Shown here in pieces: positions 28,099 through 38,079 of a stretch of 51,511 nt of DNA. Position 1 is the stretch's first letter. Every line of letters begins with the position of its first letter. The stretch spans positions 1-51,511 of the forward strand of contig CAVHVD010000048.1 of assembly GCA_963639425.1 (NCBI GenBank), read 5' to 3'. The position numbers were made by a program, and so were the translations under genes. A model generated the notes under the pieces. The model made no database searches. It was given only the letters and a program-made list of their open reading frames with translations, and was not told where the DNA came from. This DNA is from Faecalibacterium prausnitzii. Its GTDB lineage: Bacteria; Bacteroidota; Bacteroidia; Bacteroidales; Bacteroidaceae.

Positions 28099-29343
28099 TC
28101 AGTCTCTGCGGAAGATGTCGCGTGTATAGACTTTGTCTTTCACGTCGTCCAAACAGCGGTCGTAGCGGTTTGCTATGATGGCCTGTGAGCGGCGTTTGAA
28201 TACGCTGAGGCTGTTCACCACCTCACTGCCGAAGAATGTTGAGCCGTCGGGTAGGGTAGGCTCGTAGATTATCACCGCAGCCCCTTTTGCCTTGACGCGC
28301 TTCATGATGCCTTGTATCGAACTTTGACGGAAGTTGTCGCTGTTGGACTTCATGGTCAGACGGAACACGCCGATGACGCACTGCTTCTCGCTGTCGGGGC
28401 TGTACTGGCTGTTGTCGTTGTAGTATCCGGCAATGGTCAGCACGCGGTCGGCAATGAAGTCCTTGCGCGTGCGGTTACTCTCCACTATGGCTTGTATCAG
28501 GTTTTCCGGCACGTCGGCATAGTTTGCCAACAGCTGTTTTGTGTCCTTTGGCAGGCAGTAGCCGCCGTAGCCGAATGACGGATTGTTGTAGAACGCCCCG
28601 ATGCGCGAATCCAAACACACGCCGTCGATAATAGACTTCGTGTCAAGCCCCTTCAGTTCGGCGTAGGTGTCAAGCTCATTGAAGTAGCTCACACGCAGTG
28701 CCAAATATGTGTTGGCAAACAACTTCACGGCTTCCGCCTCGGTGAAACCCATGAACAGTGTGTCGATGTCTTGCTTGACGGCACCCTCTTGTAGCAGCGA
28801 GGCGAAAGTGCGTGCTTCCTCCATGAGACGTGCGTCATCGGGGTCTGTACCCACGATTATGCGGCTGGGGTAGAGGTTGTCGTACAACGCACGGCTCTCG
28901 CGCAGGAATTCCGGAGAGAACAGAATGTTCTTATTCCCCGTCTTGCGGCGCAGGCTCTCGGTATATCCCACGGGTATGGTCGACTTGATGACAATGATTG
29001 CATCGGCGTTATATTGCATCACCGTGTTCACGACGGTTTCCACCGCAGTGGTGTCGAAGAAGTTCTTCTTGCTGTCGTAGTTGGTAGGTGCAGCCACCAC
29101 CACAATGTCGGCATCCGTATAGCCCTCCTTGGCATCGAGCGTGGCTTTCAGGTGCAGAGGCTTGGTCTGTAAATACTCCGTTATCTCCTTGTCTTCGATG
29201 GGCGATATGCGGTTGTTTATCTTCTCCACCTTCTCAGGCACGATGTCCACTGCCGTCACCTCGTGGTGCTGGCTTAGTAGTGTGGCGATGCTAAGCCCCA
29301 CATAGCCCGTTCCGGCAACAGCAATCTTTACGTCCTTCTTCAT
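28099..29343 (-). CDS. ugd: UDP-glucose 6-dehydrogenase
   Basis: GTGYVG, SPEFLRE and [10 protein letters not shown] motifs. Confidence 0.94.
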   Translation of the reverse strand: MKKDVKIAVAGTGYVGLSIATLLSQHHEVTAVDIVPEKVEKINNRISPIEDKEITEYLQTKPLHLKATLDAKEGYTDADIVVVAAPTNYDSKKNFFDTTAVETVVNTVMQYNADAIIVIKSTIPVGYTESLRRKTGNKNILFSPEFLRESRALYDNLYPSRIIVGTDPDDARLMEEARTFASLLQEGAVKQDIDTLFMGFTEAEAVKLFANTYLALRVSYFNELDTYAELKGLDTKSIIDGVCLDSRIGAFYNNPSFGYGGYCLPKDTKQLLANYADVPENLIQAIVESNRTRKDFIADRVLTIAGYYNDNSQYSPDSEKQCVIGVFRLTMKSNSDNFRQSSIQGIMKRVKAKGAAVIIYEPTLPDGSTFFGSEVVNSLSVFKRRSQAIIANRYDRCLDDVKDKVYTRDIFRRD

Positions 29344-29373
29344 GTTTACATCTATCTCCATTCGGCTCCCTGC

Positions 29374-30468
29374 TTATTTGTCCAGCTCCTTGAGTCGCTC
29401 CAGCAATGCTTCGCCGCGCAACCCGCGTCCCACGATGATGCCATTCTGGTCTATCAGCACCGTGTGCGGAATGGAGTTCACTGCATACGCGTCGGCAGCT
29501 GCGCTGTCCCAGTACTTCAGGTCGGACATCTGTGGCCATGTGATGTTCAACTCACTGATGCCATTCTTCCAGTTTTCAGCATTGCGGTCTAATGACACGC
29601 CTATAATCTGAAGTCCTTTGTCTTTGTACTGTGCGTAGGCTTTTACCAGCGTGGGCATCTCGTTTCTACAAGGTCCGCACCAACTGGCCCAAAAGTCCAC
29701 CAACACCAGCTTGCTCTTGCCCACATAGTCGCTCAGCCTCATGTCCTTGCCGTCGGGGTTCTGCAACTGTATGTCCGTATATTTCTGTCCCACTGCCGTA
29801 GCTTTCTTCTTCCCTACGAAAGCCTTGATGTTTGCTACGCCGGTGTCGCCGAAGAAGCGTTCGGGAATCATATCGGTAATCTCCGTCAGTTGGTCGTCGT
29901 CCATATAGTAGTAGCTTTGTCTCAACAGATATATGCCGACTTCGCTGTCAATGTTGTTGCGACAGCCATCTATCAGTGTGTTGCTCAACTCATTGTCCAG
30001 CATCTCCACCTGCTTCTTCAGGCTGTCACGCTGTGCCTCGCTCAACGAGCTGTCGCTCAGACGGTCATAAGCCTTGGCTTCGTCTGCTTTCAGTGTCGTG
30101 ATGCGGTCGCGCACGATTTGGTAGGTGTTATTGTTGGGTGTACCTGTGGCCGACGGTGCCACGGTGTTCAGGTCAATGTTGATGTTGCCGTTCTCGAGGA
30201 AGAAATCTATACCTGTCGTGTTGTCGTCGATGTCAGAATGTATGATGTAGCGCACGGCGGCAGTGTCCTGCTTACCGCTGAAGCTGAAGCTGCCGTCCTT
30301 TATGGTTGTGGCTGCTATTCTCATCATCTGCCCGTTCTCTCTCTTCTGTAGGAACACTGAGTCTCCGTCCTGCGAGCCTTCCACAGTGCCTGTAATGGTG
30401 TATCCGTTTTCGCCCGTTCCGCATGCAGTCAGTATGACTGTAGCCATCAAGTAAAGTACCTTTCTCAT
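29374..30468 (-). CDS. TlpA/AhpC-TSA thiol-disulfide oxidoreductase lipoprotein with DUF4369-like N-domain
   Basis: LTAC lipobox; FWASWCGPCR. Confidence 0.9.
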   Translation of the reverse strand: MRKVLYLMATVILTACGTGENGYTITGTVEGSQDGDSVFLQKRENGQMMRIAATTIKDGSFSFSGKQDTAAVRYIIHSDIDDNTTGIDFFLENGNINIDLNTVAPSATGTPNNNTYQIVRDRITTLKADEAKAYDRLSDSSLSEAQRDSLKKQVEMLDNELSNTLIDGCRNNIDSEVGIYLLRQSYYYMDDDQLTEITDMIPERFFGDTGVANIKAFVGKKKATAVGQKYTDIQLQNPDGKDMRLSDYVGKSKLVLVDFWASWCGPCRNEMPTLVKAYAQYKDKGLQIIGVSLDRNAENWKNGISELNITWPQMSDLKYWDSAAADAYAVNSIPHTVLIDQNGIIVGRGLRGEALLERLKELDK

Positions 30469-30496
30469 AACGATGGTTGTATGTATGTGTATGTAT

Positions 30497-30544
30497 AAAA
30501 GAAAGGAAGCCTCATGCATGTTTCCCTTTGCAAAGAGGCTTCCT
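30497..30544 (-). terminator. Probable rpsP terminator
   Basis: AGGAAGCCTC...GAGGCTTCCT stem, with a T-rich run on the minus strand. Confidence 0.65.
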
Positions 30545-30568
30545 CGAGTTTTAATCCAAATACTGTCT

Positions 30569-31183
30569 TTATTCAGCCGAAGCCTCTGCCTGAGGAGCTT
30601 CTGCAGTAGGAGCCTCCGTCTCTGTAGCGGGAGTCTCTGTTTCCGGTGCAGGAGCAGCTTCTGCTTCAGCAGCAGCTGCCTCGGCAGCCTTTGCTGCTTC
30701 TTCAGCGGCCTTTGCGGCAGCCTCGGCTGCTTTCTTCTCGGCGAGCTCCTTTGCCTTGGTCTCGTTTATCTTCTTCTCTGCTTCCAGACGCTCGCTCTGA
30801 ACCTTCTTCTTCGCACTTGAGCTCTTGTCCTTCAGTGCCTGTAACTTGCTGGCCTTCTCTGCCTTCCAAGCCTCAAACTTCTTCTCAGCCTCAGCCTCGT
30901 CGAATGCACCCTTGGCCACACCGCCTTCAAGGTGTTTCTTCAGGTACACACCCTCATGCGACAGTATGTTGCGCACGGTGTCTGTGGGCTGTGCACCTGT
31001 CTTCACCCAATAGAGGGCGCGATCAAACTTGAGGTCTACTGTCGAAAGATTGGTGTTTGGATTGTAAGTACCAATCCTCTCGATAAAGCGTCCATCACGT
31101 GGAGCTTTCGAATCTGCAATGACGATGGTGAAGAAAGCGTAGCCTTTGTGACCATGTCTCTGCAATCTGATTTTTGTTGCCAT
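30569..31183 (-). CDS. rpsP: 30S ribosomal protein S16 with Ala/Glu-rich C-terminal extension
   Basis: [23 protein letters not shown] and GAQPTDTV motifs. Confidence 0.98.
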   Translation of the reverse strand: MATKIRLQRHGHKGYAFFTIVIADSKAPRDGRFIERIGTYNPNTNLSTVDLKFDRALYWVKTGAQPTDTVRNILSHEGVYLKKHLEGGVAKGAFDEAEAEKKFEAWKAEKASKLQALKDKSSSAKKKVQSERLEAEKKINETKAKELAEKKAAEAAAKAAEEAAKAAEAAAAEAEAAPAPETETPATETEAPTAEAPQAEASAE

Positions 31184-31291
31184 AAATCTTTAATCTGTTA
31201 CGTTTTTTTGTAGATTTTACTTCTCGCTAACTCGTAGCGATGCGCAAAGATAGGCATATTTCTCAGACCTACAATGCCCAATCTTTCTTTT

Positions 31292-32599
31292 TTATGAGTA
31301 CTTGCGCGGATAGCGCAGCAGTATGGCCATAAGTGTGCATACGCCTGTCAGCATGGGGTAGTACAAGTGACCTATGATGCTCACCGGCGAGATACCCGCC
31401 AGGCCGCTGGCTATCAGCATCTGTGCACCGTATGGAATCAGTCCCTGCACCGTGCATGAGAGGGTGTCCAAGATGCTTGCCGTCTTTCGCCGATCCAGGC
31501 CGAAACGTTCTGTTATTTGTCGTGCAATGCTGCCCGTGGTCACGATGGCGATGGTGTTGTTTGCCGTACATAGGTTGGCCATGCTCACCAGTGCAGCAAT
31601 ACACAACTCCGCACCGCGCTTGCCGTGTACACGCCTCGTCAGCTTTCGCATCACGAAGTCGATGCCGCCGTTCCGACGTATCAGCTCCAGCATGCCTCCT
31701 GCCAACAGCGTTACTATTATAAGCTCGCTCATGCCCATGATACCGGTACCCATCGATGCCACCCAATCAAACACAGATGTGCCGCACAGTGCCCCTACGA
31801 AGCCTGTGGCCATGATGCCTATGAAAAGCACCAACATCACGTTCATGCCGCTGATGGCCAGTACCAGCACCAGCAGATACGGGATCACCTTCAGCCACTC
31901 CACGTCACCCGTATATGCTGTGGCATTCATCGACAGACCTTTCACTATATATATGACCAACACCGTTATGGCTGCCGGTAGCACTATGCGTATGTTCAGC
32001 CTGAACTTGTCGCTCATGCGGCAGTCCTGCGTGCGTGTGGCTGCAATAGTCGTGTCGGAGATGAACGACAGATTGTCGCCGAAGAACGAGCCACCGACCA
32101 CCACCGCCGTCATGTAGGGCAGGTCTATGCCCGTCTTCTGTGCCAATCCGACGGCTACGGGTGCCAATGCGGCAATGGTGCCCACGCTTGTGCCTATCGA
32201 CAGCGATATGAAGCATGAGGCAACGAAGATGCCTGCTAACAGTAGATTCGACGGCAGGACAGACAGCGTCAAGTTCACAATCGAATCGATGGCACCCATG
32301 TCCTTCGCACTCTGTGCAAATGCGCCTGCCATGATGAAGATCCACACCATCAGCAGTATGTTGCCGTTGCTTGCGCCGGCAGAGAAGAGGCTGATGCGGT
32401 CGTTCAGGCTCACACCGCGCATCATCGCCACGGCATAGCACGACGACAGCAGGAACGCCACCGTTATGGGAATCTTGTAGAAATCGTTAAGGACTATCGA
32501 TGTCACCAGATAGAGACACAGAAACACTGCCAAGGGGCTTAGTGCCATCCAGCCGCCCACTCTGTCGGGTGTATCGGTCTTGTATTCGGGTTCAGTCAT
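31292..32599 (-). CDS. Na+/H+ antiporter NhaC-family transporter (amino-acid transporter-like)
   Basis: GTSVGTI and FFGDNLSFISDTTI motifs; many TM helices. Confidence 0.88.
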   Translation of the reverse strand: MTEPEYKTDTPDRVGGWMALSPLAVFLCLYLVTSIVLNDFYKIPITVAFLLSSCYAVAMMRGVSLNDRISLFSAGASNGNILLMVWIFIMAGAFAQSAKDMGAIDSIVNLTLSVLPSNLLLAGIFVASCFISLSIGTSVGTIAALAPVAVGLAQKTGIDLPYMTAVVVGGSFFGDNLSFISDTTIAATRTQDCRMSDKFRLNIRIVLPAAITVLVIYIVKGLSMNATAYTGDVEWLKVIPYLLVLVLAISGMNVMLVLFIGIMATGFVGALCGTSVFDWVASMGTGIMGMSELIIVTLLAGGMLELIRRNGGIDFVMRKLTRRVHGKRGAELCIAALVSMANLCTANNTIAIVTTGSIARQITERFGLDRRKTASILDTLSCTVQGLIPYGAQMLIASGLAGISPVSIIGHLYYPMLTGVCTLMAILLRYPRKYS

Positions 32600-32649
32600 G
32601 TGTGTGTATTGCGTATGTGTGTCGTCCTGTTTTTCGGGAACGGGACGCG

Positions 32650-32677
32650 CAAAGTTAAGTAAAACCGTTTACCTTTG
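32650..32677. promoter_or_regulatory. Back-to-back divergent -7 boxes
   Basis: TAACTTTG on minus (32650-32657) and TACCTTTG on plus (32670-32677). Confidence 0.65.
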
Positions 32678-32710
32678 CGCCAAACAAACAGCAGAAAAGA
32701 AACGCAGCAG

Positions 32711-33424
32711 ATGACAGAAGCAGCCCTTTACCTTATTCCCGTGACTCTTGGCGACACGCCCCTTGACCGTGTGCTGCCGACGTTCAACCACGATGTGATA
32801 ACCTCCATAAAGCACTTCATTGTCGAGGACGTGCGCTCTGCACGCCGCTTCCTGCGCAAGGTTGACAAGGACATGGACATTGATTCGCTTACCTTTCGCG
32901 AGCTGAACAAGCATACTCCCGCTGCTGCCATAGGCAGCTACCTACAGCCTCTGGAGAAAGACGGTCTACCAGTTGGTGTCATCTCCGAAGCCGGATGTCC
33001 CGCCATTGCCGACCCCGGTGCCGATGTCGTGGCACTGGCACAGCGTCGCGGGCTGCGTGTCGTGCCGCTCATCGGTCCTTCGTCCATCATCCTCTCACTC
33101 ATGGCTTCGGGCTTCAACGGACAGAGCTTCGCTTTCAACGGCTACCTACCCATAGAGCCTGCCGAGCGTGCCAAGTGTCTGCACCGGTTGGAGCAGAGGG
33201 CTTATGCCGAGCAGCAGACGCAGATATTCATCGAGACACCCTACCGCAACAACAGGATTGTCGACGACATCCTGCGTGTCTGCCGTCAGCAGACACGCCT
33301 CTGCATTGCCTCCGACATCACATGCCCCGACGAGTACATCCGCACCATGACGTTGCGCGAGTGGGCAGCCGGCAAAGTGCCCGACCTCTCCAAGCGTCCC
33401 TGCATATTCCTTATATATAAGTGA
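32711..33424 (+). CDS. Tetrapyrrole-methylase-family SAM methyltransferase (RsmI-like)
   Basis: LYLIPVTLG, SEAGCPAIADPG, GPSSI and FIETPYRN motifs. Confidence 0.88.
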   Translation: MTEAALYLIPVTLGDTPLDRVLPTFNHDVITSIKHFIVEDVRSARRFLRKVDKDMDIDSLTFRELNKHTPAAAIGSYLQPLEKDGLPVGVISEAGCPAIADPGADVVALAQRRGLRVVPLIGPSSIILSLMASGFNGQSFAFNGYLPIEPAERAKCLHRLEQRAYAEQQTQIFIETPYRNNRIVDDILRVCRQQTRLCIASDITCPDEYIRTMTLREWAAGKVPDLSKRPCIFLIYK

Positions 33425-33445
33425 CCTCACATGAGTGGCGCACCA

Positions 33446-35926
33446 TCAATGATGATGATGGTGTGCCTCTTCGTCTCCATAGCCGCCGGTGTCAATGTGG
33501 TTGTGGTGGTCATGGTCGTCGTGGTTGTGTGTCTTGCCGAAGGTATATGTCGCTGACAGACGCAGGGTGCGTCCCTCGCTCCACTTGCTTATGGACTGCG
33601 TGTAGCCGTTGCCGTAGAGGATGTTGTGCGTCTTCTTGGAGTTGAAGATGTCCTTGCACGTGAGCGACAGGCTCCATGCCCCGATGTTCTTGCGCAGTCC
33701 GGCCTCCACATCCCAGTTGTCTTCGAGCGTGCCCTGTGCGGTCACGCTGCGCGAGCTGTAGCGTCCCGTCGCCTGGAAGGTCATGCTCCACGGGAGGCGG
33801 ACAGATGCCATGCTGTGTATGTTCCACACCATCCGGTTCTGCTTGTCGCCGTGGACGGCATAGAAGCTGTCGTGCAGCGGATAGTCCGTGCTCCATGCCT
33901 TGAGCCGACTGTTATAGAGGTTTGCCGTGGTGGTCAGCGTCAGATAGCTGGAGAGGGTGTTGCGCGATATTATCTCCACGCCGGCATTGAGCATATTGCC
34001 CACGTTGGCATGGCCGTAGTACATGGTGTTGATGCTCGGGTCGGAAGCCATCGGCGCAAGGAAGCTGACGTGGCTTATCATGTCGGTGTTGGAGCGCAGG
34101 TAGCCCGACACGGAGAGGGTGTGGCTGCTCCAGTCCTTCACATAGGTCAGCTCAAGGGCGTTGCTGTATTCGGGCTGTATGAGCGGATTGCCGAGGTGCA
34201 CCTCCGACGGGTCGGAAATGTTCTCAAAGGTGTTTAGCTGGGGACCGTAAGGGCGGTTTATCCGTCGTGAGTAGTTCAGCTTGATCTCGTTGCCGTCGGC
34301 GAATGTCAGGCCGACAGATGCCGACGGGAACAGGGCGAAGTCGTTCTTCTTGAATGGAGACACGTCGCTGCCGGTCTGTCCGTAGCCCAGTGAGCGGGTG
34401 CGTATCTGCCACGCCTCACCGCGCAGTCCGGCAGAGAACGTCAGCAGCCCGTGCTGTCCGGAGAAGTTGACGTACAGCGCGGATATGTCTGTGTCGTAGA
34501 TGAAACGGTTGTAGAGGTCGTTCATCGGCGACAGCTCGTTTGCCGACGGTCCCGATGCGTATGATGCAGGGCTGTTCTCATGGTTATAGTTGCCCTTGTA
34601 TCCTGCCTCCAGGCGCAACTCCGGCAGCAGTTGGTTGGTGTAGTCGACGGCAGCCTCCCAGTTGCTGATCTTCACGTCCTGATGCTGGCTCCGCCATACG
34701 GATGCCGCCGTGCCGTCCGTCCATGTCTCGTCTTCGTGTATGTGGCTGTCGTTGGGTCCCTGCCAGATGTTGTAGCTGACGTTCATGTCGATGTGATGGT
34801 CGGTGCCGAACGTGTGCTCATAGCCGAGCATGATGTTCGCTCCACGGGTGTCGCCGCTCTCGCGTGAGCTATTGACGTTGCCTGCCCACTGTGAGGGAAG
34901 ATTGCTGAGGTGGGTGGTCGAGGTGTGTCCCCATTTGTGCCCGAGGGTACCGATTGCGCTGACATACAGCGTATTGTTCTCGTCGGGCTTGAAGTTGGTG
35001 CCGACGCGCAGGAATGCGCTGTTCTCGTGCTTCTTGTTCGTGCCGTCAGAGTTGAGGTAGTGGCCGGTGTCGTATGAGCGGCGCGATGTCGTGCCGCCGG
35101 GGGTGTGGTGGGACATCAGTCCGATGCCAGCAAACGACTCGAACTTGCCCTCGTTGTAGTTGATGTTGAAGTTGGCATTGACGTTGCCGCGTGTGTCGGC
35201 ATCCGCCTCGGCACTGCCGAAGTAGCCGTGGCGGTGGTCCTCCTTCAGCTTGATGTTGATTATGCCCGCCGTACCTTCCGTGCTGTGCTTCGACGATGGG
35301 TTGGTCATCACCTCAATGCTCTCGATGGTCTCCGCCGGAATCTGCCGCAGGATCTGTGCGCGGTTGTCGGCAGTCATGCCCATCTCCTTGCCGTTGACCC
35401 ACACCATCACGTCGGCATTGCCGCGCAGGGAGATCTCGCCGTCGCTATTGACATCCACCGACGGCACCGAGGCGAGCAGCTCATTGGCTGATGCGCCTGC
35501 CGACGATATGTTGGAGCTTACGTTGAATATCCTGTGTTCCGTGTTCACCGACATCTGACTGCGCTGTCCTGTCACCACCACCTCCTGAAGCAGCTTGGTG
35601 TCGTCGGCAAGCAAAATCCTGCCAAGGTCGATGTCCGCATCCGCCACCTGCACCTCGCGTTCCTGGCTGATGCTGCCGATGTTGCTGAAGCGTATGATGT
35701 ACGTACCCGCAGGTGCCTTCTCTATGGTGAACGTGCCGTCGTCGGCAGTCATGGCACCGATGAGCAGCGGTGTGCCGGTGTCGGGATTGACGAGCACGAC
35801 GTTTGCGAAGCCGATAGGCTCGGATGTGTTTTTGTTGAAGACCGCACCGGTGATGTTGCCGTCGGCATAGGCGTTTGCTGCTACCAGCATTGCAGCCACA
35901 AGGCTGATGGACTTTAACGTGTTCAT
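33446..35926 (-). CDS. TonB-dependent / OM beta-barrel receptor with His-rich C-terminal tail
   Basis: Signal peptide, LQEVVVTG, IEVMTNPSSK..GTAGIINI, GNPLIQPE; ends HNHDDHDHHNH...AHHHHH. Confidence 0.88.
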   Translation of the reverse strand: MNTLKSISLVAAMLVAANAYADGNITGAVFNKNTSEPIGFANVVLVNPDTGTPLLIGAMTADDGTFTIEKAPAGTYIIRFSNIGSISQEREVQVADADIDLGRILLADDTKLLQEVVVTGQRSQMSVNTEHRIFNVSSNISSAGASANELLASVPSVDVNSDGEISLRGNADVMVWVNGKEMGMTADNRAQILRQIPAETIESIEVMTNPSSKHSTEGTAGIINIKLKEDHRHGYFGSAEADADTRGNVNANFNINYNEGKFESFAGIGLMSHHTPGGTTSRRSYDTGHYLNSDGTNKKHENSAFLRVGTNFKPDENNTLYVSAIGTLGHKWGHTSTTHLSNLPSQWAGNVNSSRESGDTRGANIMLGYEHTFGTDHHIDMNVSYNIWQGPNDSHIHEDETWTDGTAASVWRSQHQDVKISNWEAAVDYTNQLLPELRLEAGYKGNYNHENSPASYASGPSANELSPMNDLYNRFIYDTDISALYVNFSGQHGLLTFSAGLRGEAWQIRTRSLGYGQTGSDVSPFKKNDFALFPSASVGLTFADGNEIKLNYSRRINRPYGPQLNTFENISDPSEVHLGNPLIQPEYSNALELTYVKDWSSHTLSVSGYLRSNTDMISHVSFLAPMASDPSINTMYYGHANVGNMLNAGVEIISRNTLSSYLTLTTTANLYNSRLKAWSTDYPLHDSFYAVHGDKQNRMVWNIHSMASVRLPWSMTFQATGRYSSRSVTAQGTLEDNWDVEAGLRKNIGAWSLSLTCKDIFNSKKTHNILYGNGYTQSISKWSEGRTLRLSATYTFGKTHNHDDHDHHNHIDTGGYGDEEAHHHHH

Positions 35927-35956
35927 TGATATGTGTTTAGTCTTGTTTCGGTGGCG

Positions 35957-35992
35957 CAAAAGTATGTGCTGCCCATTGCAACCGGGTTGCAA
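35957..35992 (-). promoter_or_regulatory. Receptor promoter with a 7-3-7 palindromic operator
   Basis: TACTTTTG (35957-35964, minus) and TTGCAAC-cgg-GTTGCAA (35976-35992). Confidence 0.65.
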
Positions 35993-36009
35993 ATGCTGGC
36001 ATGCGTTGC

Positions 36010-36238
36010 AACGATGCCCATCGTTGCGTTCCAAGGATGGGCATTCTTAGGGTCTTTGAACGGGCATCGTTAGAGTCCAAGCTTGCCCATCGTTAGACCC
36101 TAAGAATGGGCATCGTTAGGGTGCTTATCGGGGCAAGCACGGAATTAGTGAACGGAAGTGTTCAAAAATGAAGGTTTTTGAACGAAAAGTAAACGGGAAG
36201 TGGCTCCTGTGAACGTCTGACGCGGATTCATTGAACGA
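36010..36238 (+). repeat. Composite intergenic repeat, copy 2 (5 x 23-bp units plus GTGAACG tail)
   Basis: Cores at 36014, 36037, 36060, 36083 and 36106; 'cacggaattagtgaacggaagtg' is shared with copy 1. Confidence 0.9.
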
Positions 36239-36415
36239 AATTACATGGAATTTCCGTTCAATCCAGTGGATTTACGTATATTTGCAAGAACCGTGGTGCC
36301 GTGAATGTACGTCCGCGGAAGCGGCGACAGGATATCAATATGAGACAATCGTTTGAAGAATGGTTGTCTCGCAGTAATAATGCAGTAGTTTCGCAAATGC
36401 TTAATTCTTTTAACG

Positions 36416-38047
36416 ATGATGATGAAGAAAACACTATTGGCACTGTGCCTCGGAGCAGTCTCTATGACCGCCGACGCACAGATAGCACGCACGACCGTGG
36501 AGCAGGGCGAGGTCGAGGGCGTGATTGAGAACGGCCTTGGTTCGTTCAAGGGAATACCTTTCGCACAGCCGCCGGTGGGCGACCTGCGCTGGAAAGCACC
36601 GGTGAAGTCGGCGGCATGGACGGGCGTGTATAAGGCCGACCATTTCGCTGCACAGCCCTACCAGCAGACGCAGCAGCGTCAGGGACAACAGGGACCACAG
36701 ACCAGTGAGGACTGTCTGTATCTGAATGTGCTCACGCCTGCCAAGGACAAGAACGAGAAACTGCCGGTGCTGGTGTGGATACATGGCGGCGGCTTCTCCA
36801 CCGGCAACTCATACAGCAATGACGGCACCAGCTTTGCCAAGAACGGCATCGTCTACGTCAGCATAACCTATCGTCTCAATGCCTTCGGCTTCCTCTCGCT
36901 TCCCGCGCTGACGGCAGAGAGTGAGAAAGAGACCGGCCGTGCCTCCAGTGGCAACTATGGACTGCTTGACCAAATAATGGCATTGCAGTGGGTACACGAC
37001 AACATAGCAGCCTTTGGCGGTGATCCCGACAAGGTGACCATCATGGGCGAGAGCGCGGGAGCCATAAGTGTGGCGATGCTGTGCCAAAGCCCTTTGGCAA
37101 AAGGACTGTTCCGTGGAGCCATCAGCGAGAGCGGAGGCAACATGGTGCCTGTTGACAATGTTCGCATCGATAACAATACTCTGCGCAACGTCAAGGGCAG
37201 TGATGCCTACGGCCAGGCGTACATAGAGCGTCTCGGACTTGGCAAGAAGAGCCTCAAGCAACTGCGCAAGGTAGACCCGCAGGTGTTCATGAACGACTCT
37301 GCCGCCTTCAGTGCCGGTGGTGCCTTGTGGCCGACATACGACGACTATGTGCTGACCGCCGATGCCTACGTGCAGTATCAGGATGGCAACTACAATGACG
37401 TGAATGTGCTCATCGGTACCAATAGCGACGAAGGCTCGATGTTCGCCGGCTTCCTCGGCGGCTACACTCCGGCGCAGTATGAGCATGAGATGACAACCTC
37501 GTTCCCCGACCCCGAGTGGCAGGCACGGTTCCGTGCGATGTATCCTGGCAGTACCAATCAGGAAGCGTTCGACGCTCATGCCGACATCTTCCGTGAGGCT
37601 GCTTTCGCATGGCCTACCTACGCATGGGCGAACCTGCAGAGCCGACGTACCGCCGACGGTAAGGGACAGGGTTGTGTCTATATGTACTTCTTCGACCAGG
37701 AGAAGGTCAATATGTTCCGTCGCGGACAGCAGACAGACCGTAAGTTCCTCTCCACGCATGCGGTGGAGATGAGCTATACGTTCAACTCCCTCGGGTGGGG
37801 CGGCCCCAAGGAGCCAAGCTCGGCGGCGGTGACACAGATAATGCACCGATACTGGATAAACTTCATCAAGACCGGCAACCCCAACGGCGAGCTGCTGGCC
37901 TACTGGCCTGCCTACAAGGAAGGTACAGAGACGGTGATGTACTTCCGCGACGGAGCACACACCACACTGCTGCCAAACACTCCGCAGCTGGAGTTGTGGA
38001 CACAGTACTTTGACTGGCGGCGTACCCACCTCACGCCGCTGAAGTGA
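36416..38047 (+). CDS. Type-B carboxylesterase, secreted
   Basis: GIPFAQPPVGDLRWK, SEDCLYLN, HGGG, GESAG, NSDEG. Confidence 0.93.
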   Translation: MMMKKTLLALCLGAVSMTADAQIARTTVEQGEVEGVIENGLGSFKGIPFAQPPVGDLRWKAPVKSAAWTGVYKADHFAAQPYQQTQQRQGQQGPQTSEDCLYLNVLTPAKDKNEKLPVLVWIHGGGFSTGNSYSNDGTSFAKNGIVYVSITYRLNAFGFLSLPALTAESEKETGRASSGNYGLLDQIMALQWVHDNIAAFGGDPDKVTIMGESAGAISVAMLCQSPLAKGLFRGAISESGGNMVPVDNVRIDNNTLRNVKGSDAYGQAYIERLGLGKKSLKQLRKVDPQVFMNDSAAFSAGGALWPTYDDYVLTADAYVQYQDGNYNDVNVLIGTNSDEGSMFAGFLGGYTPAQYEHEMTTSFPDPEWQARFRAMYPGSTNQEAFDAHADIFREAAFAWPTYAWANLQSRRTADGKGQGCVYMYFFDQEKVNMFRRGQQTDRKFLSTHAVEMSYTFNSLGWGGPKEPSSAAVTQIMHRYWINFIKTGNPNGELLAYWPAYKEGTETVMYFRDGAHTTLLPNTPQLELWTQYFDWRRTHLTPLK

Positions 38048-38079
38048 CAGCAACGAAACATTCATAAAGACATAGATAA

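Noticed and set aside
30569..30800. Ala/Glu-rich extension of S16
   Set aside because: Long low-complexity C-terminal tails are usual for Bacteroidetes S16.
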